From assembly GCA_965215125.1 (NCBI GenBank), contig OZ244052.1:480001-544000 (forward strand): DNA of 64,000 nucleotides, written 5' to 3'. The first letter of the stretch is position 1; every line of letters begins with the position of its first letter. A program made the position numbers and the translations under genes. A model generated the notes under the pieces. It was not told the origin of the DNA. It worked only from the letters and a program-made list of their open reading frames with translations, and ran no database searches. Shown one piece after another: positions 44,913-53,532 of this stretch. The stretch is from an uncultured candidatus Porisulfidus sp. (GTDB taxonomy: Bacteria > Pseudomonadota > Gammaproteobacteria > Poriferisulfidales > Oxydemutatoraceae).

Positions 44913-45952
44913 GATATCTATTACTCGATATAAAAAAACCGCTTAGAAATATAGAGCACGCACTCGGCATATTAAGCAATGCCGTCCGAGAAGCGGTGTA
45001 CCTGAATAGAACCCTCGTTGTCGGAACATTTACTATCGGTGCCGGCGGCAACTTCGGCAATAAGCTCAAAAATACCGGTTTCGATCGTTATGTGGACTTG
45101 GACAAAACCCAAATATGCAAAATAATAGACGGCGATATCACACAGCTTAACGAACCGTTTCACTATATCAATGCAGAAGATTTCGATCTAAAAGCATATT
45201 CCGACAACGAAGTGCTATCGGTGAAAAATAAACTCATTTCTACAGATTTGAATCATCAATACGAAGTAATCGCCCGAAAAATAACTGCCGATAAATATAG
45301 CCATAGTTATGAGGATATTTTAGTACGCTTTCCCGTTTCAACCGAAGTTGATCGCCTCAGCGATATCGTATTAAATGCTATGGGAACCAGCCTTGAAGCA
45401 GCAAAACAACGGGCGGAGATTCACTATGGCGTTGATTATGCGGCAAACTCCGACTTTTACCAAACAATGGCACCTCAACATCCAACTCATTATGCATGCC
45501 TCTACTTGCAATATGATAATACTAAGGTTACACCCGAAAAATTATACGCAAGCGATATTCGCCAAATCCGAGCCCTATTCAATCGGGCAAGAATAACCAA
45601 AAATAGAACCGTTTATGTTATATCGGACATCGATGATGCCGATTATTTTGAACCCCTTAAAAAACAATGCACCCTATATCGGTACTACGACTTCCCGGAA
45701 TTAGAAGCCCTGGTTTCCGACAAAAATAAAAAGAGAATTGATAGCGCGATGCTTTACTCGGTGGAAAAAAATATTCTGCAATACGCCGCTATTAAAATGA
45801 TTCCTTTTGAAGATCTATCCGGCTTCCCTATAATCTATAATAATTCTTCCCACACTACCCCTCGGCGATACAAGTTTTTATCATGGTATAAATCTTTAAT
45901 CGGGCGCACTACGCAATACGATGGAAACAAGCGACAAATATCTGATATTTGA
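44909..45952 (+). CDS. O-fucosyltransferase-like (GT-B) protein, paralog 1, degenerate motif I
   Basis: Aligns by eye with the next ORF (EAV.L.R.LV, YI.E.DFDL.AY, YRY.DFPEL.ALV, AMLYSVEKNILQY); VYVISD resembles motif II. Confidence 0.5.
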   Translation: MRYLLLDIKKPLRNIEHALGILSNAVREAVYLNRTLVVGTFTIGAGGNFGNKLKNTGFDRYVDLDKTQICKIIDGDITQLNEPFHYINAEDFDLKAYSDNEVLSVKNKLISTDLNHQYEVIARKITADKYSHSYEDILVRFPVSTEVDRLSDIVLNAMGTSLEAAKQRAEIHYGVDYAANSDFYQTMAPQHPTHYACLYLQYDNTKVTPEKLYASDIRQIRALFNRARITKNRTVYVISDIDDADYFEPLKKQCTLYRYYDFPELEALVSDKNKKRIDSAMLYSVEKNILQYAAIKMIPFEDLSGFPIIYNNSSHTTPRRYKFLSWYKSLIGRTTQYDGNKRQISDI

Positions 45953-47129
45953 TACCACAAATTGCTTTCCGGCCGGACTGGATCATAAGCTCAGTACCTT
46001 AAAATGTGCTATCAAAGAAGCTGTGCGACTAGATAGAGTCCTCGTTCTGAGAAAATTCGCTATATGGCATTACCAAAATCTCGTGTATAGCCAAATCACC
46101 GTCGCCGATATCAAAAACAAACCCGAATACAAAAATATCAAATTTAAAAGTTATATCAATTTAGCAAAAACCGAGATATACAAACTAGGAAATAACGGAG
46201 ATATATCGAGAATAGAAAAACCTTTGCGCTACATAAGCGAGGAGGATTTCGATTTAAGCGCATATACCGATAATCCCGAAGCCGTTCTCAAAACCGGCAA
46301 CTTCGTAGGCGAATTCTCTAAGCATGCCCCTACACCGATCAATGAACATTTGCTTATTATGGAAAACAACGAATGTATTACTTCGCAACAAAACAGTCGA
46401 TATAAAGTCATAGTACGCAGAACGAATTGCTATCGGTACGACGACGGTGCCGACCGTCTGTTGGTAAGTCTTCATCCCTCGGATGAAGTTGAACATCTAA
46501 GCGACATCGTTCTAAAATCTATAGGCACCAGCCTCGATAGCGTGAAAAAACGCTTTTCCTTTTACCACAATGCGCCTCTACAAAAAGAACAAAATAACTA
46601 TAAAGTAAAATTTTCACGGGAATATCCGCTTTATTACACCTGCTTACATGTACGAGGCAACGATTTACTCAAGCATATCAGTACTCAATACGGTGCGAAC
46701 CAAAACAACCTAAAGCGCAGCCTCAAAAACGCAATACCCGAAGGCTCGATAATATACCTGATGTCGGATATCGCCGAGCCTCGCTATTTTGATTTTCTAA
46801 ATAAAAACTACACCGTATACCGATATTTCGATTTTCCGGAATTAAAGGCTTTGGTTATTAATAAAGACAAAAAAGAGAGCGACAACGCAATGCTCTATTC
46901 GGTAGAAAAAAATATCCTACAATACTCGCACATTAAGATAGTACGAGCAAGGGCATGCCCTAAACTTCTATATACAAATTCTTCACATACAATCCCTCGG
47001 TGGTTCAAATTTATAGCTATTTATAAATACCTAACAACCGATTTCGTAAAACGAGATTATTTCTATAAACCCAATTTACTACTTCGACATATCATAAGAG
47101 AGTTGAGAGCCAATACACCTCGACATTAA
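45921..47129 (+). CDS. O-fucosyltransferase-like (GT-B) protein, paralog 2
   Basis: AGLDHKL, CLHVRGND (HVRxxD fucosyltransferase motif I) and IYLMSD (motif II). Confidence 0.6.
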   Translation: METSDKYLIFDTTNCFPAGLDHKLSTLKCAIKEAVRLDRVLVLRKFAIWHYQNLVYSQITVADIKNKPEYKNIKFKSYINLAKTEIYKLGNNGDISRIEKPLRYISEEDFDLSAYTDNPEAVLKTGNFVGEFSKHAPTPINEHLLIMENNECITSQQNSRYKVIVRRTNCYRYDDGADRLLVSLHPSDEVEHLSDIVLKSIGTSLDSVKKRFSFYHNAPLQKEQNNYKVKFSREYPLYYTCLHVRGNDLLKHISTQYGANQNNLKRSLKNAIPEGSIIYLMSDIAEPRYFDFLNKNYTVYRYFDFPELKALVINKDKKESDNAMLYSVEKNILQYSHIKIVRARACPKLLYTNSSHTIPRWFKFIAIYKYLTTDFVKRDYFYKPNLLLRHIIRELRANTPRH

Positions 47130-47145
47130 ATTTATGCAACTTTAT

Positions 47146-47193
47146 GACCACCCCGTCAGGCACAGCCTGCCACCCCTCCACAGGAGGGGAATG
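47146..47193. repeat. REP-like double hairpin, family A (full copy)
   Basis: GACCACCCCGTCAGGCACAGCCTGCCACCCCTCCACAGGAGGGGAATG, between convergent genes. Confidence 0.85.
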
Positions 47194-47216
47194 AATTATG
47201 TGGACGCAGTGGCTAG

Positions 47217-47792
47217 CTAGCGGCTTGCTTTCGCAATCGCTTCAAAATCTACGCCTTTATACATAAAGCTCTGTTTTTCAAACAGCTTGTCTCCATATTG
47301 GGTGACCCAATCTTTGTGGAAGCTCAAGGTATATTCCGGAGGCGGCATCACATTGAAAATCACATCGTATTTGTCGGTAATCTCGCCGGGCAATGCCATA
47401 TTACGCGCGTAGTGCAGATTATCGACCAAGTTGATATGCGGCACCAAATCCACATTTGCTATTGCGCCGGTCTTCGGATTGATAACTTGTGCGGTAATGA
47501 CTAAATACCCGACAAAGCCGCCCGCCGGGGTGCCCTCGGGAATAGAATCTTCGTCGTCTGCCCAATTAACTCGTGCTTCTATATGCACATGCGTTTTACT
47601 CTCCTCCAGATGGTAATTCGCCGGTGTGATCGTATCCTTAACGGCACCCTCAAAGATGAATTGTATACCCGGCTCTATCATCTCTTCGCCGATGACCAAT
47701 TCAAGTGCATGCGATTGGGTCATAAATAATACCGAAAAACACAATATAACGCCTCGGTAGAATTTATTCATCGTTCCAGTTAAAGTTTTCAT
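47217..47792 (-). CDS. Periplasmic P19/Tp34/FtrA-like iron/copper-binding protein
   Basis: Signal peptide; HVHIEARV, GGFVGYL, HYARN, PP...FHKD resemble the P19 HLEAD/PYL/HYGxN/RHxD pattern. Confidence 0.65.
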   Translation of the reverse strand: MKTLTGTMNKFYRGVILCFSVLFMTQSHALELVIGEEMIEPGIQFIFEGAVKDTITPANYHLEESKTHVHIEARVNWADDEDSIPEGTPAGGFVGYLVITAQVINPKTGAIANVDLVPHINLVDNLHYARNMALPGEITDKYDVIFNVMPPPEYTLSFHKDWVTQYGDKLFEKQSFMYKGVDFEAIAKASR

Positions 47793-47834
47793 TTATTTAT
47801 CTCCTCTATGTTGGTTTAATAATCAATGCTAATT

Positions 47835-48560
47835 TTACGCCCTTTTAAGCCAAAGAAAAACGCCTGTGGCAGAAAGGAATAGTAAAAGCAACGCTACGAA
47901 ATCGGCAATAATAATACCTGCGGTGCCGAATAGACGACCGCTGTGGAAATCAAGCAATGTGCGTTCCCAGCTTATCAAATGATTATTGGCGTGCGTAATA
48001 ATGGTTTCTCTCAAATACATCGGCACTTCCGTGCTGTTGACGGGTGCCGACCATGTTATTTGTGTGCCACTATAAACCTGCCAATCTTGCAGATATTTAT
48101 CTACCTGCCAGTTGTTGCGTAGACCGCCGATGATAATAGCACCCTCTCGGTTGTATCCTATCCTACGCATCACGGAGGGCAATCCGTTTAGAACGGAGAG
48201 CCTGTCTACTATCTCGCCGCGTTGCGATAGCAACCATAGTTTGTTATCTCCCACAATCCAAACATAGGTTTCACCCTCCACAACACCTTGTAAATTATTT
48301 AGTTCGATGTTGGAGACGGGAAGTCCGTCCATATAGAGGAAAGAGCCCGCTTGCGAAACCCAGCGCTTATCGGTCTTATAATCTACCGTATCTTGGTCTT
48401 GGATCTTCGCACCGTATAAATAACCGGACAGCGAAGACGGAATATAACGTTGATCTAAATCGAACCAATCGGTATGTTGTATTGCCAATCCCGTCATCAC
48501 GAAAATTAATAAAAATATAAAGCTTCCGATGCCTATGCTACGATGTAATTTGCGGTACAT
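47835..48560 (-). CDS. PepSY-associated TM helix domain membrane protein
   Basis: RKLHRSIG..MTGL at the N-terminus and LLDFHSGRLFG..TGVFLW at the C-terminus. Confidence 0.85.
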   Translation of the reverse strand: MYRKLHRSIGIGSFIFLLIFVMTGLAIQHTDWFDLDQRYIPSSLSGYLYGAKIQDQDTVDYKTDKRWVSQAGSFLYMDGLPVSNIELNNLQGVVEGETYVWIVGDNKLWLLSQRGEIVDRLSVLNGLPSVMRRIGYNREGAIIIGGLRNNWQVDKYLQDWQVYSGTQITWSAPVNSTEVPMYLRETIITHANNHLISWERTLLDFHSGRLFGTAGIIIADFVALLLLFLSATGVFLWLKRA

Positions 48561-48583
48561 AATCGGCTATCATACTACACGGG

Positions 48584-49114
48584 TTATGGTACGACCGATT
48601 TGTGTAGCATCAGAGCAAGCCTTGCCAGTTTGGTGACCGCACGCACCGACAAAGTAGCGCCCGAGATATTATCTATACTGCGATCAAGTTTCAAACTGCC
48701 GGTTAACTTTGCATCGGTAAATTGATCGGCAAACGAATCATAACGCACTTCCCAGCCGCGACTCTCACGAAAGATTAACACTTTGACCTCTTTTATACGA
48801 TCCGCATCGATAGAAAAACCACTGGTGATTGGTCGCTCTTTACCGATCTCTTCCAATATCCAAACACTGCGATTATCTTTAAGCCAATAGCGGATTCTGA
48901 ATTTACTATATCTATGACCGAGTATGCCTTTGATCGAATCCTTAATCGTCTGGTCGGGATAAAGCATAGAAGGCTCGGGAGGATCATCGTCGAAGTGGCG
49001 AGACACAAACGCATCCGGTGCCTCGTAAATACTCTCTATTGCCAGAAGCGGCGCGCGAGGTTGAACGAGTAATAACGCCGCACACAAATAGAAAGCCCAC
49101 TTCGATCGGTTCAC
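48584..49114 (-). CDS. Extracytoplasmic FMN-binding (flavinylated) protein
   Basis: Signal peptide, EIGKERPIT, FRESRGWEV, IDNISGATLS (SGAT flavinylation motif). Confidence 0.88.
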   Translation of the reverse strand: MNRSKWAFYLCAALLLVQPRAPLLAIESIYEAPDAFVSRHFDDDPPEPSMLYPDQTIKDSIKGILGHRYSKFRIRYWLKDNRSVWILEEIGKERPITSGFSIDADRIKEVKVLIFRESRGWEVRYDSFADQFTDAKLTGSLKLDRSIDNISGATLSVRAVTKLARLALMLHKSVVP

Positions 49115-49417
49115 CTCCCAAGCCTCCGTAAAATCAAATTCGCGTCTTAGCTCTTAAAATACCGAGGGTCTCGGAAACTTCGCGCCGACCATACATCGTG
49201 TTACAATGCCTGCGGCGGCGCGCAAGATACTCGGTTTGTTACCGAGACCCATACAAGTAAACCGTCTCATTAGTGCCGGTATCAAAGGTTTTGAGGCAAG
49301 TCGCTCCAAATGACTGGATACAAAAGACATAAAAGTATCTACCGTTTTCCGTGTCAAAGTAGCACACTTAACGTGGAGGATTGAAATACAACTACCGTTG
49401 AACACTGAAAAACGCAT

Positions 49418-49531
49418 TGAAGTCGACTCGCCTGCAAAACCCGAAGAAAAGTTATAGTTAAACGCCATTTCCCTGAAGTCGACTCGCCTGCAAAACCCGA
49501 AGAAAAGTTATAGTTAAACGCCATTTCCCTG
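49418..49531. repeat. Perfect 56-bp tandem duplication
   Basis: tgaagtcgactcgcctgcaaaacccgaagaaaagttatagttaaacgccatttccc at 49418-49473 and again at 49474-49529. Confidence 0.95.
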
Positions 49532-49533
49532 TA

Positions 49534-50973
49534 TCAAAACTCATAACCGACGCCTAAGTTGAAGCCGTCGAAGTCACTGTCGCGATCGCCTGCATTATCG
49601 TGTTCACGATCTACGAGGTCCATTTTTAGAACCGCACTCTCGCCTAAGTAATAATTGAAGCCCACACTATATTGGTCAAATTCATCTTGCGAGCGTCCAC
49701 CCTCAACATCTTCGTAGCGCGCAAAGATACCAAAATTGGGAGTCAACTTAAAAGAAGGTTCTACATACCAACCCTGTTGCTGGTCGTAATCGGCAACTTT
49801 TATCGGGTTAGGAATCCTAGTCCCGCGATTATTAGGATCTTCTATTTGAGAGTCCACATCTACATCCCAGGCGGCGTATAAAGCCCTGAGACCGAATGGT
49901 CCCCGACTGTAGACGATGTGTGCCTCATAAAGTATGGCATCGTCTACAGTGTCACGACCGATAGCACCAGTACTCCCTTGAGTGATATCCGATTGATACT
50001 GCACACTTGCTGCCAGCTCGAGACCCGGCATCCCGGTGTATTTGACACGACCGGTGAACGCAAGATCGTTGGCAGTGGCATTGGCAGTTTTTTGCCTACC
50101 CGAGCGAAAACGTAATTGAGGACTAGGTACAATCTCAGTATTTGGCACAATTGTAATAGTATCACCATCTATATCATTATCACCATTATCATCGACGATA
50201 TTAATTATAGAGGTATCTCTGCCTTCATCTTTAATAACCCTTGTGTTATAAGCTCTGGCAGGAACTTCTAATCCTTCGTGCAACGCAAGATCAATGGTAA
50301 ATCCGTTATCCATGCGATGTGTGAAGCCGATACCGCCTGCCCACCAGGTTGTCGGAACGATAACATTTTCAACGGTATTGCGTTCAACACCGTAAAAAGT
50401 CGGGGGTTCGTGAGTTTCGTTTAGAATACCGACGGGCAATAGAAAAACACCTGCGCGAGCGGTATTGCGTTCATCAAAATCATATTCTATGAAAGCCTGC
50501 TCTAGTTCAACTTCTCCCGGCTGACCGTCTCCGGCGAGCGCATGCTCTAATTCAACTTCGGAAAAAAACCTCAACCTATCGGTGAACTCATGACCGAAAA
50601 ATAGTACGAAGCGATGAAAGTCTAATTGCCTGAAATTATTACCGCTGTCCCGACTCCAGTTATTATAGTGCAGTTCACCATAACCTCCCATTGAGGTTTT
50701 GTCCCAGAAAGAAGATTGACCACCACTGTACGACTCAACTGCTTCGGCAGTCACTTCAACCGCTTGCTTATTCTCTTCCACATCTTGATCGATTGCCTCC
50801 AATTTCTGTTGCATCGATTCTAATTGTGCTTGCAACGCTCTCATCTGTTGTTTAAGTACGTCAATCTCATCTGCTTGAGCAACAGCTTGGCAAGGTGCAA
50901 TCATTAACGATAAAAACAAACCGGTCATAAAGCAATAAATTTTTGTTCGTTTCTTATTAAATAAATGTTTCAT
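49534..50973 (-). CDS. OprO/OprP-like outer-membrane porin with N-terminal coiled coil
   Basis: GGYGELHYN, DFHRFVLFFGH.F, SEVELEH, GEVELEQA, NETHEPPTFYGVERN, C-terminal GVGYEF. Confidence 0.82.
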   Translation of the reverse strand: MKHLFNKKRTKIYCFMTGLFLSLMIAPCQAVAQADEIDVLKQQMRALQAQLESMQQKLEAIDQDVEENKQAVEVTAEAVESYSGGQSSFWDKTSMGGYGELHYNNWSRDSGNNFRQLDFHRFVLFFGHEFTDRLRFFSEVELEHALAGDGQPGEVELEQAFIEYDFDERNTARAGVFLLPVGILNETHEPPTFYGVERNTVENVIVPTTWWAGGIGFTHRMDNGFTIDLALHEGLEVPARAYNTRVIKDEGRDTSIINIVDDNGDNDIDGDTITIVPNTEIVPSPQLRFRSGRQKTANATANDLAFTGRVKYTGMPGLELAASVQYQSDITQGSTGAIGRDTVDDAILYEAHIVYSRGPFGLRALYAAWDVDVDSQIEDPNNRGTRIPNPIKVADYDQQQGWYVEPSFKLTPNFGIFARYEDVEGGRSQDEFDQYSVGFNYYLGESAVLKMDLVDREHDNAGDRDSDFDGFNLGVGYEF

Positions 50974-51268
50974 AAATACAAACTCCTTTTCTAAATCTAA
51001 ATAATAATAATTCTAATTACAATTATAAGTAATGTTATTATTATGTTTATTATTTAGATGTCAATACCTTTATGAAAATATTTTTTATAGATATTCAAAG
51101 GGGGTTGGGGGGCTTATTTCAAGGATGTGACGTTACCCCATTTTTAGGGCTACCGGCAAAGTCAGTTTTCATGCTGTTGTCTGCGCAAATACACTGGGGA
51201 GTTTATTTAGGATTACGATTTCTCAGTTATAATGGCTATAATAGCAAATCCTATAAATATAGGAGTAA

Positions 51269-51541
51269 ATGAAGTTGTCAGAAATCGCGCTATACAACGC
51301 ATTGACTAAATTAGGACTAAAGCACGACGAAGCAAAGGAGGCTGTTACCGATGTTGCTAGTTCAAAGGATGTGGCAACTAAGGCAGATTTAGCAAAGTTA
51401 GAAACAAGGCTAATAGAAAGAATGGCAGAACAAGAAACAAAGCTAACGCGGCAAATGTATGCTATGGCAGGGGTAATCATTGGAGCGATTGGGGCAATAA
51501 TAGCCGTCGCTGGATTGATGATAAGGGTTTTTATGATGTGA
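51269..51541 (+). CDS. Small coiled-coil plus C-terminal TM protein (DUF1640/CCDC90-like)
   Basis: AGGAG RBS; LYNAL.KLG...EA, VATKADLAKLETRL, hydrophobic C-terminus. Confidence 0.7.
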   Translation: MKLSEIALYNALTKLGLKHDEAKEAVTDVASSKDVATKADLAKLETRLIERMAEQETKLTRQMYAMAGVIIGAIGAIIAVAGLMIRVFMM

Positions 51542-51588
51542 AGCACATATATTTACAACCAACAGTAGCAGCGAGACAATAACAACAT

Positions 51589-51681
51589 AACCCCTCCACA
51601 GGAGAGGAATTAGATTGTGCAAGCACAACACGTTACGGGCGGACATGTTAGTCCGCCCCTACAAGCTCAATCGGCGGTTCT
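51589..51681. repeat. Composite A+C+B palindromic repeat
   Basis: CCCCTCCACAGGAGAGGAAT ... CGGGCGGACATGTTAGTCCGCCCCTACAAGCTCAATCGGCGGTTCT. Confidence 0.8.
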
Positions 51682-51683
51682 AA

Positions 51684-53261
51684 TTAGCTGTCAAAAATTA
51701 TTCTGAAACCTAGATACGGTGCCTTGAACGAAGCAGGAAGAGGATTTTCAAAATCAATGCGGGCGGTTGCTTCTCCCGGCAGTATGTAATTACCGCCTTT
51801 GGCAATAATCGCAAAACCTTGTCCGGCGGTGCTTAGGCTTTGTGTCCATTCCGAAACATTGCCACCCATATTGATGACACCGGCAGCATTGATATCGCCG
51901 TTCTGCTCCAGAGCGGAGAGCGGTTTTATCAGTTGTCTCTCGGCAGTGGCCACATAGTCGGGATTAAAGGTGTTGCCCCAAGGATAAGAGTAGCTACCCA
52001 TTGAAGAGGCGGCAATCCATTCGAAATTATTCGGCAATCTTCCGCCTGCCCAATTTGCAAATGCATAAGCCGACCACCAATCTATATCGGTTGCCGGCAA
52101 GTCGTCGTTTTGATAATCGTCCAACCACGGCGGACTATAATCGTGTTCTTCGGGCTCCTTCTCGTTTGCATAAAGCCCGTAGCGCACCAAGGGATCGTTG
52201 ACGAAACGTCTGTATTGCGCTCGGGTCACCTCGTGGCGCAATATCCGAAAATCGTTATGGCGATGTTTTTTATCAACCAGTTTTCCAATGATATCGAGTT
52301 GTTTGCGGGATAACCCCGACCCCAATAGTCCCGGTATCTTAGCGTCGTCGGGGAGACCGATACGATACTGCCCTGCATCTACACGTACCGTTTGCGGATG
52401 TTTTTCGGTCCACGGTATTTTCTTCGGTTGCTCGTCGTAAACACATCTGAAACTCACATAAGGAGAACGATACTTCGCTTCCACGGTACGATAAAAATTG
52501 TTTAAGCTATAAATCTCGTAGGGTTTGTTATATGCGTTGCCACCGTGTATACTCGGCTTCGCTTCCGCGTCAATACCTTGCGCCCATTCGGATGCGACAT
52601 TACCCAGATTGTGTATACCCTGCGGTGTATCCATCTCCTTATGCAAACCGCAGCGTTGTGCGGCGTTGAGCCTAGGGTCCAAATACGGCCAACCCTCGGA
52701 GTTGAAGTCGTTCCCCCACGGATAAAGCCGACCTTCGGAACCGCTTGCAATCGCAATCCATTCCGTACGCGTCGGCAGTCGCCCACTGCTCGCTTGACAA
52801 TAAGCATACGCGTCGTAATAGCTAACTCCGTTTGCAGGCGCATCCAAACGGCCGCTAATTTTGTGGTCTCGGCTTATGCTCCTATAAGACCAATTTTCAG
52901 GTTGTTCGGGATGTGCTATATCGGTCGGGTTATAAAGTGCATACCATTTTTCAAAAGTATAGAAATCCTTTTGCCGTACTTCGCATTGATCCACCCATAA
53001 AGGAGGCAACTGCACATTGCGCTCGGATTCCTTGAATATCGGATCAAAAGAGCGGATGCGCCCGAAGGCATATAGATACTCGCTCAAAATTGCATCCAGT
53101 TGCGCACCGCGCGCTTGAGTGGTTTGATCATCTTGGGATATATCAACCTGCACCGTATCAAATTGATAAAAAGCGGTACGCAGTTTATATAAACTAAATA
53201 CCGATAGTGCAATGATTATTGCTGCTACGAGTAGACTCCCCAGTACAGAGGCCGGCTTCAT
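51684..53261 (-). CDS. Membrane-anchored protein with two tandem FGE-sulfatase (SUMF1/C-type-lectin fold) domains
   Basis: N-terminal TM; two copies of EV...P...[VI][SD][YW]..AYA[YF]...GRLP...EW...YPWGN...G..N[LM]..N.SEW...GGN..FR. Confidence 0.85.
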   Translation of the reverse strand: MKPASVLGSLLVAAIIIALSVFSLYKLRTAFYQFDTVQVDISQDDQTTQARGAQLDAILSEYLYAFGRIRSFDPIFKESERNVQLPPLWVDQCEVRQKDFYTFEKWYALYNPTDIAHPEQPENWSYRSISRDHKISGRLDAPANGVSYYDAYAYCQASSGRLPTRTEWIAIASGSEGRLYPWGNDFNSEGWPYLDPRLNAAQRCGLHKEMDTPQGIHNLGNVASEWAQGIDAEAKPSIHGGNAYNKPYEIYSLNNFYRTVEAKYRSPYVSFRCVYDEQPKKIPWTEKHPQTVRVDAGQYRIGLPDDAKIPGLLGSGLSRKQLDIIGKLVDKKHRHNDFRILRHEVTRAQYRRFVNDPLVRYGLYANEKEPEEHDYSPPWLDDYQNDDLPATDIDWWSAYAFANWAGGRLPNNFEWIAASSMGSYSYPWGNTFNPDYVATAERQLIKPLSALEQNGDINAAGVINMGGNVSEWTQSLSTAGQGFAIIAKGGNYILPGEATARIDFENPLPASFKAPYLGFRIIFDS

Positions 53262-53422
53262 AGCCTTTTTTTGCCTCCTTTACCTAGGAGCTTACCGCCT
53301 TTCAGACCGCCGCCTCTCATTAGACCGCCGCCTCTCATCAGACCACCGCCCATCAATCCACCACCACCGGATCTGCCTAGGAACCTAGATAGCAAACGAA
53401 ATAACATAAACATTCCTCTCAT
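53258..53422 (-). CDS. 54-aa cationic glycine-repeat peptide (not in the ORF track)
   Basis: GGAGG-AAAAATT-ATG; MRGMFMLFRLLSRFLGRSGGGGLMGGGLMRGGGLMRGGGLKGGKLLGKGGKKRL*; its stop overlaps the FGE gene start (ATGA). Confidence 0.75.
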   Translation of the reverse strand: MRGMFMLFRLLSRFLGRSGGGGLMGGGLMRGGGLMRGGGLKGGKLLGKGGKKRL

Positions 53423-53492
53423 AATTTTTCCTCCGTGCTTTTATCGTAAATCCATTATAAACAGATTGGCAGTAAAATGGTGACTACGCAAA

Positions 53493-53519
53493 CAACCACC
53501 CTGTCAGGCGCGCCTGCCA
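53493..53519. repeat. Partial family A repeat
   Basis: CAACCACCCTGTCAGGCGCGCCTGCCA. Confidence 0.7.
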
Positions 53520-53532
53520 ATCCACTGCCCAT

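Noticed and set aside
49154-49468. 104-aa ORF as a confident CDS
   Set aside because: No recognisable family and its start lies within the duplication; kept only as part of a finding.
49418-49531. Possible CRISPR repeat or tmRNA fragment
   Set aside because: No spacer between the copies; no tmRNA ends or tag peptide recognisable.
51000-51050. Fur box upstream of the OprO/P-like porin as a firm feature
   Set aside because: Only about 13/19 match in very AT-rich DNA; suggestive but not supportable alone.
51684-53261. Diversity-generating retroelement target (FGE-type CLec fold)
   Set aside because: No reverse transcriptase in the window, and no template repeat resembling either domain's 3' end was seen.
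53271-53483. Proline-rich 70-aa + strand ORF
   Set aside because: Antisense image of the Gly-rich peptide; the minus-strand reading has the RBS and the ATGA coupling.
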